From Deltaproteobacteria bacterium (GTDB taxonomy: Bacteria; Myxococcota_A; UBA9160; SMWR01), in contig JAQBHB010000047.1 of assembly GCA_032128115.1 (NCBI GenBank), positions 218,886 through 282,885 of the forward strand: 64,000 nt of DNA, in the 5' to 3' direction. Below, piece after piece: positions 39,654 to 49,598 of this stretch (positions are counted from its first letter, which is position 1; the number at the start of each line of letters is the position of its first letter). Below the pieces are notes generated by a model. The model made no database searches and had not been told where the DNA came from. It worked only from the letters and a program-made list of their open reading frames with translations. A program made the position numbers and the translations under genes.

Positions 39654-40298
39654 TCAGGCGCGGCTGCAGATCTCGTAGGCGCAGCGGCGGGCGCCGGCGA
39701 GCAGGTGTTCGGAGCGCTCGACTCGGACCCCGCGGCCCAGCAGGCGGCGGAACAGGCCGAGCTCATCGGCGCACAGGCCCTGGCAGAAGCGGGCGGCCGC
39801 GCAGATGGGGCAATGGTTTTCCACCAGCAACAGGCTTCCGTCCTTGCGCCGGGACACCTCGGCCATGTAGCCCTCTTCGCGGCGCACTGCGGCCAGGGCA
39901 TTCACCCGCTCGTGCAGGGGTGCACCGCGGCCGGGCAACCGCGCCCGATAGATCCGCTCCTGCTCGCGGGTGCGATCGGTGATCACCCGAGCCAGGCCGT
40001 CTTCGCCGAACGTGCGCGAGACACTCGCCAGGATGTCGACGGTGAGGTCCGCGTGGGTGTCGGGGAAGCGCCCGGCGGCGGCCGCGGTCAGTCGCCAGTG
40101 GCGCGCCGGGCGCCCCACCGTCTGGCGCACCTCCTCGTAGGTCACCAGCTCCTCGTCGGCGAGCTTCTGGAGGTGCTGGCGTATGGCCATGGACGTGACG
40201 CCCAGGCGATGGGCCAGCTGGGCCGCGGTCTGGGATCCGCGGGTCTTCAGGTGGAACAGCACCTTGTCTCGGGCCGGGGCGTGGGTATCGGGCTTCAC
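39654..40298 (-). CDS. SufR-like (COG2345) HTH regulator with Cys-rich sensor domain
   Basis: N-terminal HTH with GRP motif; ENHCPIC...LC..EL...RRC. Confidence 0.85.
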   Translation of the reverse strand: MKPDTHAPARDKVLFHLKTRGSQTAAQLAHRLGVTSMAIRQHLQKLADEELVTYEEVRQTVGRPARHWRLTAAAAGRFPDTHADLTVDILASVSRTFGEDGLARVITDRTREQERIYRARLPGRGAPLHERVNALAAVRREEGYMAEVSRRKDGSLLLVENHCPICAAARFCQGLCADELGLFRRLLGRGVRVERSEHLLAGARRCAYEICSRA

Positions 40299-40340
40299 GA
40301 CAACGGAATCTATCGTCGGAGACCAAATAATGCAAGAATA

Positions 40341-40363
40341 TGCTTGTTTTATTAAAACAAGCA
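40341..40363. promoter_or_regulatory. Perfect 10-3-10 AT-rich inverted repeat, operator candidate
   Basis: TGCTTGTTTT-ATT-AAAACAAGCA between the divergent regulator and Rieske genes. Confidence 0.75.
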
Positions 40364-40401
40364 GATACTATGCAAACACGCGCTCCAGCGGGGAGGTGGC
40401 C

Positions 40402-42153
40402 ATGACCGTTCTCTGGACCCGAGCCTGTTCCGTGGATTCGCTGCCCGTGGGAGGTCGCCGCATCTTCAAGGGCGACGGCCACCAGATCGCGCTGTTTCGA
40501 CCCGAGCGCGACGCCATCTACGCGGTGGACAATCTGTGCCCCCACGAGGGCTACCCGCTCTACCAGGGAGACTTGAAGGACTGTGTGCTCACGTGCATCT
40601 GGCACAACTACAAGTTCGACCTGCGCGACGGTCATTGTGTCTTCGGCGAGGAGAACGTGCGCAGCTATCGGACCCGGTTGGCGGGCGACACCGTCGAGAT
40701 CGATCTGACGCCGCCCGATCTCTCGTTGGAGGTGCCGCGCCTGCTGGAGAGCCTGACGAATGACCTGCACCAGGGGTACATGGGCGTCGTGGCCCGCGAT
40801 ACGGCGCGCCTGCTTGCGGCGGGCGTGCCGGCCGCCGAGATCCTGGCTCACGGCGCGTGCTTCGATGCCCAGCGCTCGGAGCAGGGTGTCAGCCACGCGA
40901 TGGCGGTGGCCGCGGACATGCTCGATCTGTTGCCCCGGTTTCCCGGGGGCGAGGCCGTACTGCCAGTGATGCAGGCGCTCGAGCTTGCCTCGGAGGAATC
41001 CAGGCGTCGCCGCAGGCGGGCCGCCTCGGATCCCGTCGAGCCCCCGGCGACAGCCGGTGAGTTCTCGGATCTCCTGTTCGATCGCGTCGAAAACGAAAAA
41101 TGGACCGAGGCCGACGGCCTGTTGCGGGGCGCCCTGGCCGCGGGCTGGAAGCGCAACGCCATCGAGCCCGCCTTCCTGCGCCTGTGCACGGCGCACTTCC
41201 TGAGCTTCGGCCATGGCCTGATCTATACCCACAAGGCCTTCGACCTGCTGGAGGCGGCGGGCTGGCGCTACGCCGATACCCTGCTTCCGGGGCTGCTGTT
41301 CTCGGTATCCTGGGGCACGCGCGAGGATCTCCTGCCGACCCTGCGCGCGCTGCGCGTGCGCCTCGGTCGGATCTCCCCCGAGCTCGACGCCCTGCGTGCA
41401 GGCCTCGGGGAGCCGGGATCGGGGGCGTGGGATCGCGGCGCGTTCGTTTCTGCGGTCCTGGATGCCGGGGCCGAGGGGGCCGTTGATGCCGTGGAGCAGG
41501 CCCTGCGCGCGGGCGTGGCCGCCGAAGACATCGCCAGAGGGCTCTCCGTGGCCGCCGCGGAGCGCCTGCTGCGATTCAACGAGCGTTTGGCGCGCGACAC
41601 GGGCGTGAACGAGGGCTGGCTCGACGTGACACACCTGCAGACTTTCGCCACGTCGGTGCGACACGCGCTGGCCCGGATTTCCGACGGCAGCGCCCTGGTG
41701 CTGCTGTTCCAGAGCGCCGCGTTCATCGAGCGAGCGGCGCCCCTGGATCACAGCGAGGGCGAGCGGCCCTCGATCGTTCCCGCCGAGGGCGCAATCGGAA
41801 TCCCCGACCTGGTCCAGGCCCTCGAGGCGCGCGACCCGGATCGCGCCGTGGCGTGCGCACACCAGCTGCTGCGCAATGGAATCGAGGCGTCGCAGGTGAG
41901 GGAAGCCCTCGAAGGGATTCCCCTGGGTGATCGACTCACGCGTCCGATCGTGATTGCTCACGCCCTCAAGACCACGCGTGCCGCGTTCGACGACTACGAA
42001 GCGCTCGGCGACGATGTCGACGCGGTGAAGCCCGTGCTCGCGGTCGTGCGCTGGCTCGCCAGCCCCCAGGACGAGCGCTTCCTGGCCCGCCTGGTTCGGG
42101 AAGCCCGGGACTTCGTGGTGGCAGCGCGTCCGCCCCATCGCCTGACGGGCTGA
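40402..42153 (+). CDS. Rieske [2Fe-2S] ferredoxin domain fused to a long helical His-containing domain
   Basis: CPHEG...CIWH; GGAGG RBS; C-terminal HFLSFGHGLIYTHKA and DVTHLQTF. Confidence 0.85.
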   Translation: MTVLWTRACSVDSLPVGGRRIFKGDGHQIALFRPERDAIYAVDNLCPHEGYPLYQGDLKDCVLTCIWHNYKFDLRDGHCVFGEENVRSYRTRLAGDTVEIDLTPPDLSLEVPRLLESLTNDLHQGYMGVVARDTARLLAAGVPAAEILAHGACFDAQRSEQGVSHAMAVAADMLDLLPRFPGGEAVLPVMQALELASEESRRRRRRAASDPVEPPATAGEFSDLLFDRVENEKWTEADGLLRGALAAGWKRNAIEPAFLRLCTAHFLSFGHGLIYTHKAFDLLEAAGWRYADTLLPGLLFSVSWGTREDLLPTLRALRVRLGRISPELDALRAGLGEPGSGAWDRGAFVSAVLDAGAEGAVDAVEQALRAGVAAEDIARGLSVAAAERLLRFNERLARDTGVNEGWLDVTHLQTFATSVRHALARISDGSALVLLFQSAAFIERAAPLDHSEGERPSIVPAEGAIGIPDLVQALEARDPDRAVACAHQLLRNGIEASQVREALEGIPLGDRLTRPIVIAHALKTTRAAFDDYEALGDDVDAVKPVLAVVRWLASPQDERFLARLVREARDFVVAARPPHRLTG

Positions 42154-42194
42154 GGGGTCGCTGGCGCACCAGCCGAACGGCTGTTTGTGGCATC

Positions 42195-42647
42195 ATGGGG
42201 CCCTCCGCGATAGAAGGCGAGCGCCACCCGTTGCAAGTGGAATCACTCGATCACATCCACGTCTACGCTGCCGAGCCGGACGCGTCTGCGCAGTTCTACC
42301 AGCACCACTTCGATGCCAAGCAGGTCCTGCGAAACAGGAATGCGAACGGCGACGCCAGGATCTTTCTCGCGCTCGGTGGGCAGCTCCTGGTGATCGGCAG
42401 CTTTCCCGTCGGGTTGACTCCCGCCACCCCGCCCGAGCCGGGGGATGGGGCGTACAGTCATGGTTACGGCATCGCCCACTTCGGCATTCGCGTCGCGGAC
42501 GTGGTTGCCGCGGCTGCCGAGCTGGCGGCCGCCGGTGTTCGCGTTCTGGGCGAGCCGGTGCGCGAGCCCTCGGGCCTCACGTATGTCTATGTTGTGGCCC
42601 CGGACGGTGTGATCGTCGAACTCACGCAATACGAGACGGCCGGCTGA
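42195..42647 (+). CDS. VOC/glyoxalase family protein
   Basis: LDHIH, AHFGIRV, APDGVIVEL; start may be TTG at 42231. Confidence 0.85.
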   Translation: MGPSAIEGERHPLQVESLDHIHVYAAEPDASAQFYQHHFDAKQVLRNRNANGDARIFLALGGQLLVIGSFPVGLTPATPPEPGDGAYSHGYGIAHFGIRVADVVAAAAELAAAGVRVLGEPVREPSGLTYVYVVAPDGVIVELTQYETAG

Positions 42648-42664
42648 CGAAAAGAGGCGCCACA

Positions 42665-43168
42665 TTGAGTGTGATCCCGCTCCGGAAACGACCGTTCGAT
42701 GCCTTCTTCGTGTTCTGTTTCTGCGTCTTCGCCGTCTCGTCCCTGATCTATGAGCAATTCGTCATATTCGGTGTCGATCTCTCCACGACCACGGATGTCT
42801 TCGGGCGTTCCTGGTACTGGTATGCCCGATCGTTCGACCCGGTCTTTTTGGATCCACCCCTGTGGCTCCGCATCATGTGCACCATCGATGGCTATGGGTT
42901 TGGCGCCTTCTACCTGGTGGCCATCTTCGCCTTCGTGAAGGGCCGAAACTGGGTGCGGATCCCGGCGCTTCTCTACGGGGCCGCAATCGTCTACTCGACG
43001 GTCGTCTATTTCGGCTGGGAGTTTCTCGACGAGGCGAATCGGTCGCGAGCCAATCTGCTCGCAGTCTTCGTCGTCAACATCCCCTACACCGTGGTGCCTC
43101 TTCTCCTCATGTGGCGCGTGAGGCATCCGGAGCCGTTCACACGGGGCGCAGCGGCGGCACGTGCCTGA
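42665..43168 (+). CDS. EXPERA-domain membrane protein (EBP/TMEM97-like)
   Basis: Four TM helices; WY...FDP.F..PP.W, NIPY..VP. Confidence 0.7.
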   Translation: MSVIPLRKRPFDAFFVFCFCVFAVSSLIYEQFVIFGVDLSTTTDVFGRSWYWYARSFDPVFLDPPLWLRIMCTIDGYGFGAFYLVAIFAFVKGRNWVRIPALLYGAAIVYSTVVYFGWEFLDEANRSRANLLAVFVVNIPYTVVPLLLMWRVRHPEPFTRGAAAARA

Positions 43169-43590
43169 TTTCGCGGTTCGGGAGGAGAAGCCTTCCGACC
43201 GCGGAACTGTCGATCAGATCCTGGAAGCCGCGTTCGGCAGGCCTCAAGAGGCCGAACTGGTACGGGTGCTCCGGGATTCGGCTCGCCCGCAGTTGTCTCT
43301 CGTAGTGGAATGCGGGCGCGAGCTCGTGGGTCACGTCTTCTTCTCGCCGGTCTCCATCGACGGTTCGTGCGGGCCTCGAAGCCGGCGCTCCCCTGGGCTG
43401 GAAGGCGGTATTCCTGCTGGGCGACGCGGCCTACTACGCGAGATTCGGGTTCGCGCCGGCGGCGCCCCTCGGGCTCCGGTACGAGAGCGAGTCGTTCGAT
43501 CCCGCGTTTCAAGTGGTCGAACTGGTTCCCGGGGCCCTGTCCGGCTGCGCGGGCTGGGTTCGCTATCACGAGGCATTCGCAGCCGTGTAG
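43161..43590 (+). pseudogene. YhbS-like GNAT acetyltransferase pseudogene (internal deletion plus frameshift)
   Basis: N half ends VGHVFFSPVSIDG; C half in another frame VRAGLE..AVFLLGDAAYYARFGF..YHEAF*; motif A absent. Confidence 0.85.
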
Positions 43591-43618
43591 AAGACGCGTC
43601 GGCGCAAACGCGTCGAAG

Positions 43619-44110
43619 CTATTCCACCGGGCGTAGACGCCCGGTCTTGACCTCGTACACGAATCCCCGAACCGCGTCTTTGTGCACGATGAATGGGCTG
43701 GCCTGGATGCGCGCGATGGATTGCCGGACGTCTTCATCGAGATCCGGGAAGGATTCCATGGAAAAGGCGGGGCGGATCCCCGTTTCCTTGTGGATCGCGT
43801 CCTTGAGTTCGGCATCGGTGAACATCAGCATTCCGCAATCCGTGTGGTGGATCAGCATGATCTCACGCGTCCCCAGGAGGCGTTGCGAGATCGTGAGCGA
43901 GCGGATCACGTCGTCGGTGATCACGCCCCCGGCATTCCGGATCATGTGGGCGTCACCTCGCTCGAGGCCGAGCAGGGCCACCATATCCAGGCGCGAGTCC
44001 ATGCACCCGACGATCGCGGTCTTCCGGGCTGGTGGTATGGGTTGGTCGCCCCTGGAGAAGCTGGCCGCGTACTTCGCGTTGTTCTCCAGGAAGTCGTCGA
44101 CGGCGCTCAT
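43619..44110 (-). CDS. Beta-class carbonic anhydrase (clade D-like)
   Basis: CMDSR, IRNAGG, HHTDCG; GGAGG RBS. Confidence 0.93.
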   Translation of the reverse strand: MSAVDDFLENNAKYAASFSRGDQPIPPARKTAIVGCMDSRLDMVALLGLERGDAHMIRNAGGVITDDVIRSLTISQRLLGTREIMLIHHTDCGMLMFTDAELKDAIHKETGIRPAFSMESFPDLDEDVRQSIARIQASPFIVHKDAVRGFVYEVKTGRLRPVE

Positions 44111-44281
44111 TTTTCGTCCCTCCTGGGGCGCGAGTATGGCTCTCCATTCCGGAATGCGCAGCCGTCGCAGCGTGATAGGCTTTCGGCGGCCGGGTGCGCG
44201 GTGGCGCCGCCCCGGTTTCCGGAGCAACGCTTGCCCGATCTCGTCCACGAAGGCCCCCTCCAAGCCAGCGCGGCGAGGTAC

Positions 44282-44740
44282 GTGAAATTCGCGCTCACCG
44301 CGGTTGCCGCGCTGGTTGCGGCGTTCGGCGCCATCACCTGGTGGGCGCTCGAGTCCGGAGGCGTCGCCGTGATCGAAACCCGTACTCCAGCAGGCACGAT
44401 TCGCCAGACGCACGTGTGGTACGGGGATCTGGACGGCGAGCGGTGGCTCGAGGCCGGAACCCCGGAGAACCCCTGGTTTCAGGACGTCCGACGGGACCCA
44501 TCCCTCACCTTCAGGGAAGGTGGGCGCTCGACCCTCTATCGGGCCAGGCCCGTCGATGACGCTTCCGGTCACGACCGCATCCGATCCCTGATCCGCGATA
44601 AGTATGGTTTTCGCGATCATTGGGTGGGCCTCCTCGTCGATACCTCGCGCTCGGTTGCAGTGCGGCTTTCCCCGCTAGGAGGCGATCGAGATGATTCCGG
44701 CTACGACGAACACGGCCGAGGGCCAACGGAGGACGGATGA
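44282..44740 (+). CDS. Split-barrel flavin/deazaflavin-binding-like protein with N-terminal TM
   Basis: T.VW..., W..N/D.R..P, KYG pattern; ATGA coupling to next gene. Confidence 0.55.
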   Translation: MKFALTAVAALVAAFGAITWWALESGGVAVIETRTPAGTIRQTHVWYGDLDGERWLEAGTPENPWFQDVRRDPSLTFREGGRSTLYRARPVDDASGHDRIRSLIRDKYGFRDHWVGLLVDTSRSVAVRLSPLGGDRDDSGYDEHGRGPTEDG

Positions 44741-45312
44741 GCGCGCGCCTGTCGCCGATTTCCCGAGAGGAAGCGGATCCGCGATCGGAAGTCGAATTCG
44801 AGCGGATCGAGTCGCTTGGCGGGTACGTGCCCAACATGCATCTGACCTTTGGCTCGCATCCCGAGCTGTACGCGGCATGGCTCCCCTTCGCGGTGCACGT
44901 GATGCCGAACTCCTCGTTGGACGCCAGAGACCGGCAGCTTCTCATTCTCGGCACGTCGTTCGCGTGGCGTGCCATCTATCCATGGTCACACCACGCCAGG
45001 ATCAGTCAGGCGCTTCAAGCCCTCTCTCCCCAGGAGATCGAGCGGGTCGAGTCGGGTCCGGACCACCCTTCCTGGTCCAGTGCAGAGGCTGCGCTGCTTC
45101 GGGCCTGCCTCGAAACGAGGAACGACGGTCGAATCCTCGACGAAACCTGGGGGACGCTCGCGGCCTCCTACAGTCAGAAGCAGCTTCTCGACATCGTCTT
45201 CACCATCGGCCAATACACTCTCATCGCCACGGTGCTCAATTCACTGGGAACGGAGCTGGATTCCGGCTTCGAGCCGCCTGCCTGGAGCGACACACCCGGG
45301 GGCGGGTCCTGA
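44737..45312 (+). CDS. Carboxymuconolactone decarboxylase/AhpD-like protein
   Basis: L..RDRQLLIL, YPWSHH, DIVFTIGQY. Confidence 0.85.
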   Translation: MSARLSPISREEADPRSEVEFERIESLGGYVPNMHLTFGSHPELYAAWLPFAVHVMPNSSLDARDRQLLILGTSFAWRAIYPWSHHARISQALQALSPQEIERVESGPDHPSWSSAEAALLRACLETRNDGRILDETWGTLAASYSQKQLLDIVFTIGQYTLIATVLNSLGTELDSGFEPPAWSDTPGGGS

Positions 45313-45347
45313 CTGGCGTGGAGACCGCATGGCAGAAGCCAACCGGA

Positions 45348-45650
45348 ATGCGCTTTCTCCGCAGGCTCGCAGCTTCTCTCATGCTGGCTTCCAGCGTCAC
45401 GCATCTCAGCGAGCCCTTCATCTTTCCGTTCAGCCTGCCCCTGGTGGTCGCGACGCTCTACGGCATCAGCTTTCTGACCATCGGGATCTTCCTGTTCCGC
45501 AAAGGGGATCGCGTGCTCATGTGGAGCTCCATGCACCCGATCACCGGATGGCATCTCTTCGTCGATCTCGTCGTGGGGCCCGTTTGCATTCATCTGATCC
45601 GCCGCGGACAGGTATCGAGCCTCTCGAGCTCGATCGGACCGCCTGAATGA
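45348..45650 (+). CDS. Small hypothetical membrane protein
   Basis: Three hydrophobic stretches; stop overlaps next ATG (ATGA). Confidence 0.45.
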   Translation: MRFLRRLAASLMLASSVTHLSEPFIFPFSLPLVVATLYGISFLTIGIFLFRKGDRVLMWSSMHPITGWHLFVDLVVGPVCIHLIRRGQVSSLSSSIGPPE

Positions 45651-46768
45651 GCGAACCCGAGTTCAGATTCGGGGAAGGCGCGATCAGTGGGGTGCTGTCC
45701 GTGGCACTCGGTGCGCTGTCCCTGCTCGCGGTGCTCTGCTTCCGGTTTCCCGAATTGCTTACGACCCCAGACCTTCGGGCCGAATATCCAGTGCCGCTGC
45801 TGCGGATGGTGCTGTTCAGCGCGCTGCTCCTGAGCCTTGGGCTCGCACTCTCGAGCGTCGTGCTGAGCGGCCGCCGCGCGCTCGGATTCACGGGGATCCT
45901 GCTCACCGGCGGCGCCGTGGCGTTGGGCGGCGCGTGGGTCGAGACGGGCGATTCGATCCAGCAGACGCGCTATCTGGGACTCGACTGGTTCGTCCTCGAT
46001 CTCCTGGTGCTCGCTCTCGTGTTCGTTCCGGTGGAGCGCCTGGCCGCCCTGCGGCCCGACCAGAGGATCCTCCGTCCGGGTTTCCGCACGGACCTGGTGC
46101 ACTTCTTCGTGAGCCATCTGCTGGTGCAGATGACGGTGCTTCTCACCATGGCCCCGGCGGCGCTGTTCTTCAGCTGGGCGGTGAGGCCGGGTTTCCAGGC
46201 CGCAGTCGCCTCGCAGCCGCTGCTGTTGCAGCTCATCGAGGCGACCTTCCTGGCGGATCTCTTCCAGTACGGGATCCACCGGCTCTTTCACCGGGTGCCC
46301 GGCATGTGGCGCTTTCACGCAATCCATCATTCGAGCCGCCAGCTCGACTGGCTCGCGGGTTCGCGGCTGCATCTGGTGGACGTCGTGGTTACGCGTGCGG
46401 TCAGTTTCGTGCCCCTGTTCGTGGTGGGGTTCTCGGAACCGGCCATGCTGGCATACGTGGTGCTGGTGTCCTTCCAGGCCGTGTGGATCCATGCAAACGT
46501 GAGATTCCGCTTCGGGTGGTTGCGCGGGTGGGTCGCCACGCCCGAGTTCCATCATTGGCACCACAGCGCCGAGCCCCAGGCGATCGATCGGAACTTTGCC
46601 GTTCACTTTCCGGTGATCGACCGGATCTTCGGCACGGCGTACGAACCGGGACGCTGGCCCACGGTGTACGGGATCCACGAGAACCCGGTTCCCGAGGGTT
46701 GGTTTGGGCAGCTCGTCCATCCGTTCCGGCGACGAAGCACGGAGCGCGCGGTTTCGAGTCGTGGCTAG
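45647..46768 (+). CDS. Sterol desaturase/fatty acid hydroxylase family protein
   Basis: HRLFH, HAIHH, IHAN, HHWHH. Confidence 0.92.
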   Translation: MSEPEFRFGEGAISGVLSVALGALSLLAVLCFRFPELLTTPDLRAEYPVPLLRMVLFSALLLSLGLALSSVVLSGRRALGFTGILLTGGAVALGGAWVETGDSIQQTRYLGLDWFVLDLLVLALVFVPVERLAALRPDQRILRPGFRTDLVHFFVSHLLVQMTVLLTMAPAALFFSWAVRPGFQAAVASQPLLLQLIEATFLADLFQYGIHRLFHRVPGMWRFHAIHHSSRQLDWLAGSRLHLVDVVVTRAVSFVPLFVVGFSEPAMLAYVVLVSFQAVWIHANVRFRFGWLRGWVATPEFHHWHHSAEPQAIDRNFAVHFPVIDRIFGTAYEPGRWPTVYGIHENPVPEGWFGQLVHPFRRRSTERAVSSRG

Positions 46769-46789
46769 AATCCTGGCGATGGTGGAGTC

Positions 46790-47209
46790 GTGATCGAGGG
46801 CAGCTGTCTTTGCGGGGGCGCACGCTATCAGGCGGAGCAGGTGGCCGGACCCATGGCGAACTGCCACTGCGAGATGTGTCGGAAGGCTCACGGGGCGGCC
46901 TTCTCCACGATTCTGCCCGTCGAGAAGGCCGGCTTTCGTTGGATTGCCGGCGAGGCGCTCGTTGCCGGGTTCGAGTCGTCGCCGGGCAAACGCCGCTGGT
47001 TCTGTCGCAGGTGTGGGTCCCAGCTCATCAGCACTCGCGATGCAGATGATCGGACTCTCCTTTTGCGCGCAGGTTGCATCGATCGGGGCACCGAATCGAA
47101 GCCGGTGGCGCACGGTTGGGTCGGGTTCAAGGCGCCCTGGTACGAGATCGCCGACGATCTTCCCCGGTTCGACCGTGCATTCCCGGGGTCGCCCCCCGGT
47201 GTCGAGTGA
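46790..47209 (+). CDS. GFA (CENP-V/glutathione-dependent formaldehyde-activating) family protein
   Basis: GSCLCG, CHCEMCRK, FCRRCGS. Confidence 0.92.
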   Translation: MIEGSCLCGGARYQAEQVAGPMANCHCEMCRKAHGAAFSTILPVEKAGFRWIAGEALVAGFESSPGKRRWFCRRCGSQLISTRDADDRTLLLRAGCIDRGTESKPVAHGWVGFKAPWYEIADDLPRFDRAFPGSPPGVE

Positions 47210-47232
47210 GGTGGCGCTCACGAAGCGCGTCT

Positions 47233-48468
47233 TCAGCCCTCCGCGGGAACGTCGAAGCGGGAGCAGTAGGGCTCGAAGTCGCGAGCCAGGCGGGTGCGGT
47301 CGAGGGCGAAGTCTTCCAGCTGGTAGCGGTGGGCGCCGTGTTTGCCCTGGGGGTTGCGCGTGAGAAAGGTCTGCATGGTTCGCTCGGTCTCGGGTGCCAG
47401 CGGGAGCCCCAGGAAATCGTAGATGCGGCGGATCTGCTTGAGCGGATCGGCAACCAGGTCCGCGTAAGAGACGTCCAGGAAGGCGTTCTCGCCGTGCTTC
47501 GCGCGGAAGTCCATCGAGCGCGTCACCGTGCGCACGGCCTTGCGGGCCAGGTGGTCGGCCACCTCTTTCGGATCGACCCGGTCGCTGAAGATCGCGCGGC
47601 CGTGGCTGATCATGCTGCAGAAGGAGGGCACCACGCGCAGCGGGTCGCGATGGGTCTGGATCACCCGAGCATCCGGAAACACGGAAAACAGGGCATCCAG
47701 GTACTCCAGGTGGTGGGGCGTCTTGCCCAGCCAGCGACCCTCGCGCTGCCACGACAGGAACTGGAGGATCTTGCGCAGCAGCTGGTAGGGGGGAATCGGG
47801 TCGGTGGCCTCCATCCAGCGCGAAAGGCTCGGCGTGCGTTGGGTGGCTTCGGCCGTGGGGCTCCAGAACGAGAGGTCGAGCAGCAGCACGTCCTCTTCGG
47901 GGGCGTGGGCTTCCACGGGATGGATCGCAAAAAACTCCGGTGCCAGGTAGCGAAGCCCCTTCTCGGACATCTCGGCCGGGCCCATGCGCGGATCGCGCCC
48001 GTCCGCCCGCTGCGGGTCCCCTGGAAATGGCGCCGGGTTGAGGGCTTCCCACGACATCAGGGGACGAAGCGCCGGCTCGCAGGCCAGCAGCCGGTGCAGC
48101 AGGGTGGTGCCCGTGCGTTGCAGCCCGGCGATGAAGACCGGCGCCGCAACGGAGCACTCACCGATCTCCGGATGGAGATCGAAGGCCCGTTCCATGCGCA
48201 GCCGGTTCACCAGGGCGCGCACCAGGCTCTGGCGGATGATGAAGCGGCCCAGCGGGTGGAGCCGGGCCTCGCGCTCGAGCGAATCCAGCAGCACCCGCAG
48301 CGGCTCCCGAAACGATTCGTCGGCAAAGCCGTGCAGGCCACTCTGGCGACGGGCGGCGCGCACCAGTGACGCTTCGTTCAGGGGGATGCGCGCCCCCAAC
48401 AACTCGCAGCCGCGCCCCAGGGCATTGAGGCCCGTCACGATCGACGGTCGCTTCGCGGGTCGAAACAC
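47233..48468 (-). CDS. Sulfotransferase family protein
   Basis: 5'-PSB motif GLQRTGTT, KTPHH, THRDP; GTG start 2 nt after the upstream stop. Confidence 0.9.
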   Translation of the reverse strand: MFRPAKRPSIVTGLNALGRGCELLGARIPLNEASLVRAARRQSGLHGFADESFREPLRVLLDSLEREARLHPLGRFIIRQSLVRALVNRLRMERAFDLHPEIGECSVAAPVFIAGLQRTGTTLLHRLLACEPALRPLMSWEALNPAPFPGDPQRADGRDPRMGPAEMSEKGLRYLAPEFFAIHPVEAHAPEEDVLLLDLSFWSPTAEATQRTPSLSRWMEATDPIPPYQLLRKILQFLSWQREGRWLGKTPHHLEYLDALFSVFPDARVIQTHRDPLRVVPSFCSMISHGRAIFSDRVDPKEVADHLARKAVRTVTRSMDFRAKHGENAFLDVSYADLVADPLKQIRRIYDFLGLPLAPETERTMQTFLTRNPQGKHGAHRYQLEDFALDRTRLARDFEPYCSRFDVPAEG

Positions 48469-48470
48469 GC

Positions 48471-49565
48471 CTAGAGTTCCGACAGCTTCGCGACGCGAGT
48501 CTGCGGCTGCGGATGCTCGTGGGCTCGGATCCAACGGAAGCACATGGTGCCCTGGGAATGTCCCGCGGTCTCGATCCAGTTGTCGGTGCCCGGATCCTCG
48601 TGGGCCACCACCAGGCGCACCGAGCCGTCGTCGCGGGAGACGGCCGTGTGCTTGTTGAGAGAGATGGTGAAGTAGCGGTAGTCGAGGGATTCCATCCAGT
48701 GGTTGTCCAGCTGGAAGTTCCACGACTCGCATTCGGGCGGCGTGACTTCGATCACCAGGGCCTCGTCCGGCGCCAGCTGCCAGTAGCTGTGGTAGTAGCA
48801 GATGTTCGGATCGCCCCCGGCGCCCATGGAAATGGCGTTGTCGAACTGGGGCAGTTGGTTGTTGTGCTTGTCCCGGAAGCCCTGGGCCCAGTTCGAGAAG
48901 AGGCTCGAGCAGGCGACCACCAGCCCCGCGGCCGCCTTGAGCCCCCGGTCCATCTTCTCGGGCGTGAGCGGAGCAGGGCGCGGATCGCCGCCGACGCGCT
49001 CGATGCGCAGGTCCGCGGGCGTTTCGCTCGCCCGGTCGAGATATGTCTGGCGCACGATCAGGGTCGACGTCTCGGGTTGCATGGGGAGCCAGTTGCCGGG
49101 CTGGGGCTCGCAGCTGAGCACGATCTCGAAGGCCCCGTCGGGTCCGATCTCCAGGTCCGACCCCTCCAGGTAGCCGCTCTGAACGGAGTCACCCGAGCTG
49201 GCCACGCCGCCGGTCTGGGTGGCAAGGCCCAGGTAGTGGATCGTGCCGCGGCTCCCGGTGATGCGATAAGTGTGGCGGCCGCTCAAGGTCGCGTGCTGGT
49301 AATGGTTGTCTGGATTGTCGGCGCCGATCTTCGCAGTTTCGTGCACGGGGCGGTGCAACACCGGGGCGTCCGGGTCATTGTATTCCACGAAGGTCTCGAG
49401 GGCGGCGCGGGCGAGGCGGCTCAGGTAGCGGAAGCCCTCGGCGCGATCGATGTCCTCGCTGGGGGATCCCCCGGCCAGGATCGTCTGCCCCGCCGCCTTC
49501 AAGGTGTCGCAGAACTCTTCCCAGGACCGGCCGGTCATCAGGCGTTTGCGGGCATCATTCGACAT
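48471..49565 (-). CDS. DUF1214-domain protein
   Basis: AEGFRYL.R, GADNPDN, DG.FEI, WMESLDYR, GTMCFRW. Confidence 0.8.
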   Translation of the reverse strand: MSNDARKRLMTGRSWEEFCDTLKAAGQTILAGGSPSEDIDRAEGFRYLSRLARAALETFVEYNDPDAPVLHRPVHETAKIGADNPDNHYQHATLSGRHTYRITGSRGTIHYLGLATQTGGVASSGDSVQSGYLEGSDLEIGPDGAFEIVLSCEPQPGNWLPMQPETSTLIVRQTYLDRASETPADLRIERVGGDPRPAPLTPEKMDRGLKAAAGLVVACSSLFSNWAQGFRDKHNNQLPQFDNAISMGAGGDPNICYYHSYWQLAPDEALVIEVTPPECESWNFQLDNHWMESLDYRYFTISLNKHTAVSRDDGSVRLVVAHEDPGTDNWIETAGHSQGTMCFRWIRAHEHPQPQTRVAKLSEL

Positions 49566-49598
49566 GGGGGATTCCCCTCCTGCTCTCCTGAATGCGGC

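Noticed and set aside
42154..47209. Horizontally acquired island of small accessory genes
   Set aside because: Looks slightly less GC-biased by eye, but no mobility genes or flanking repeats are seen and composition could not be computed
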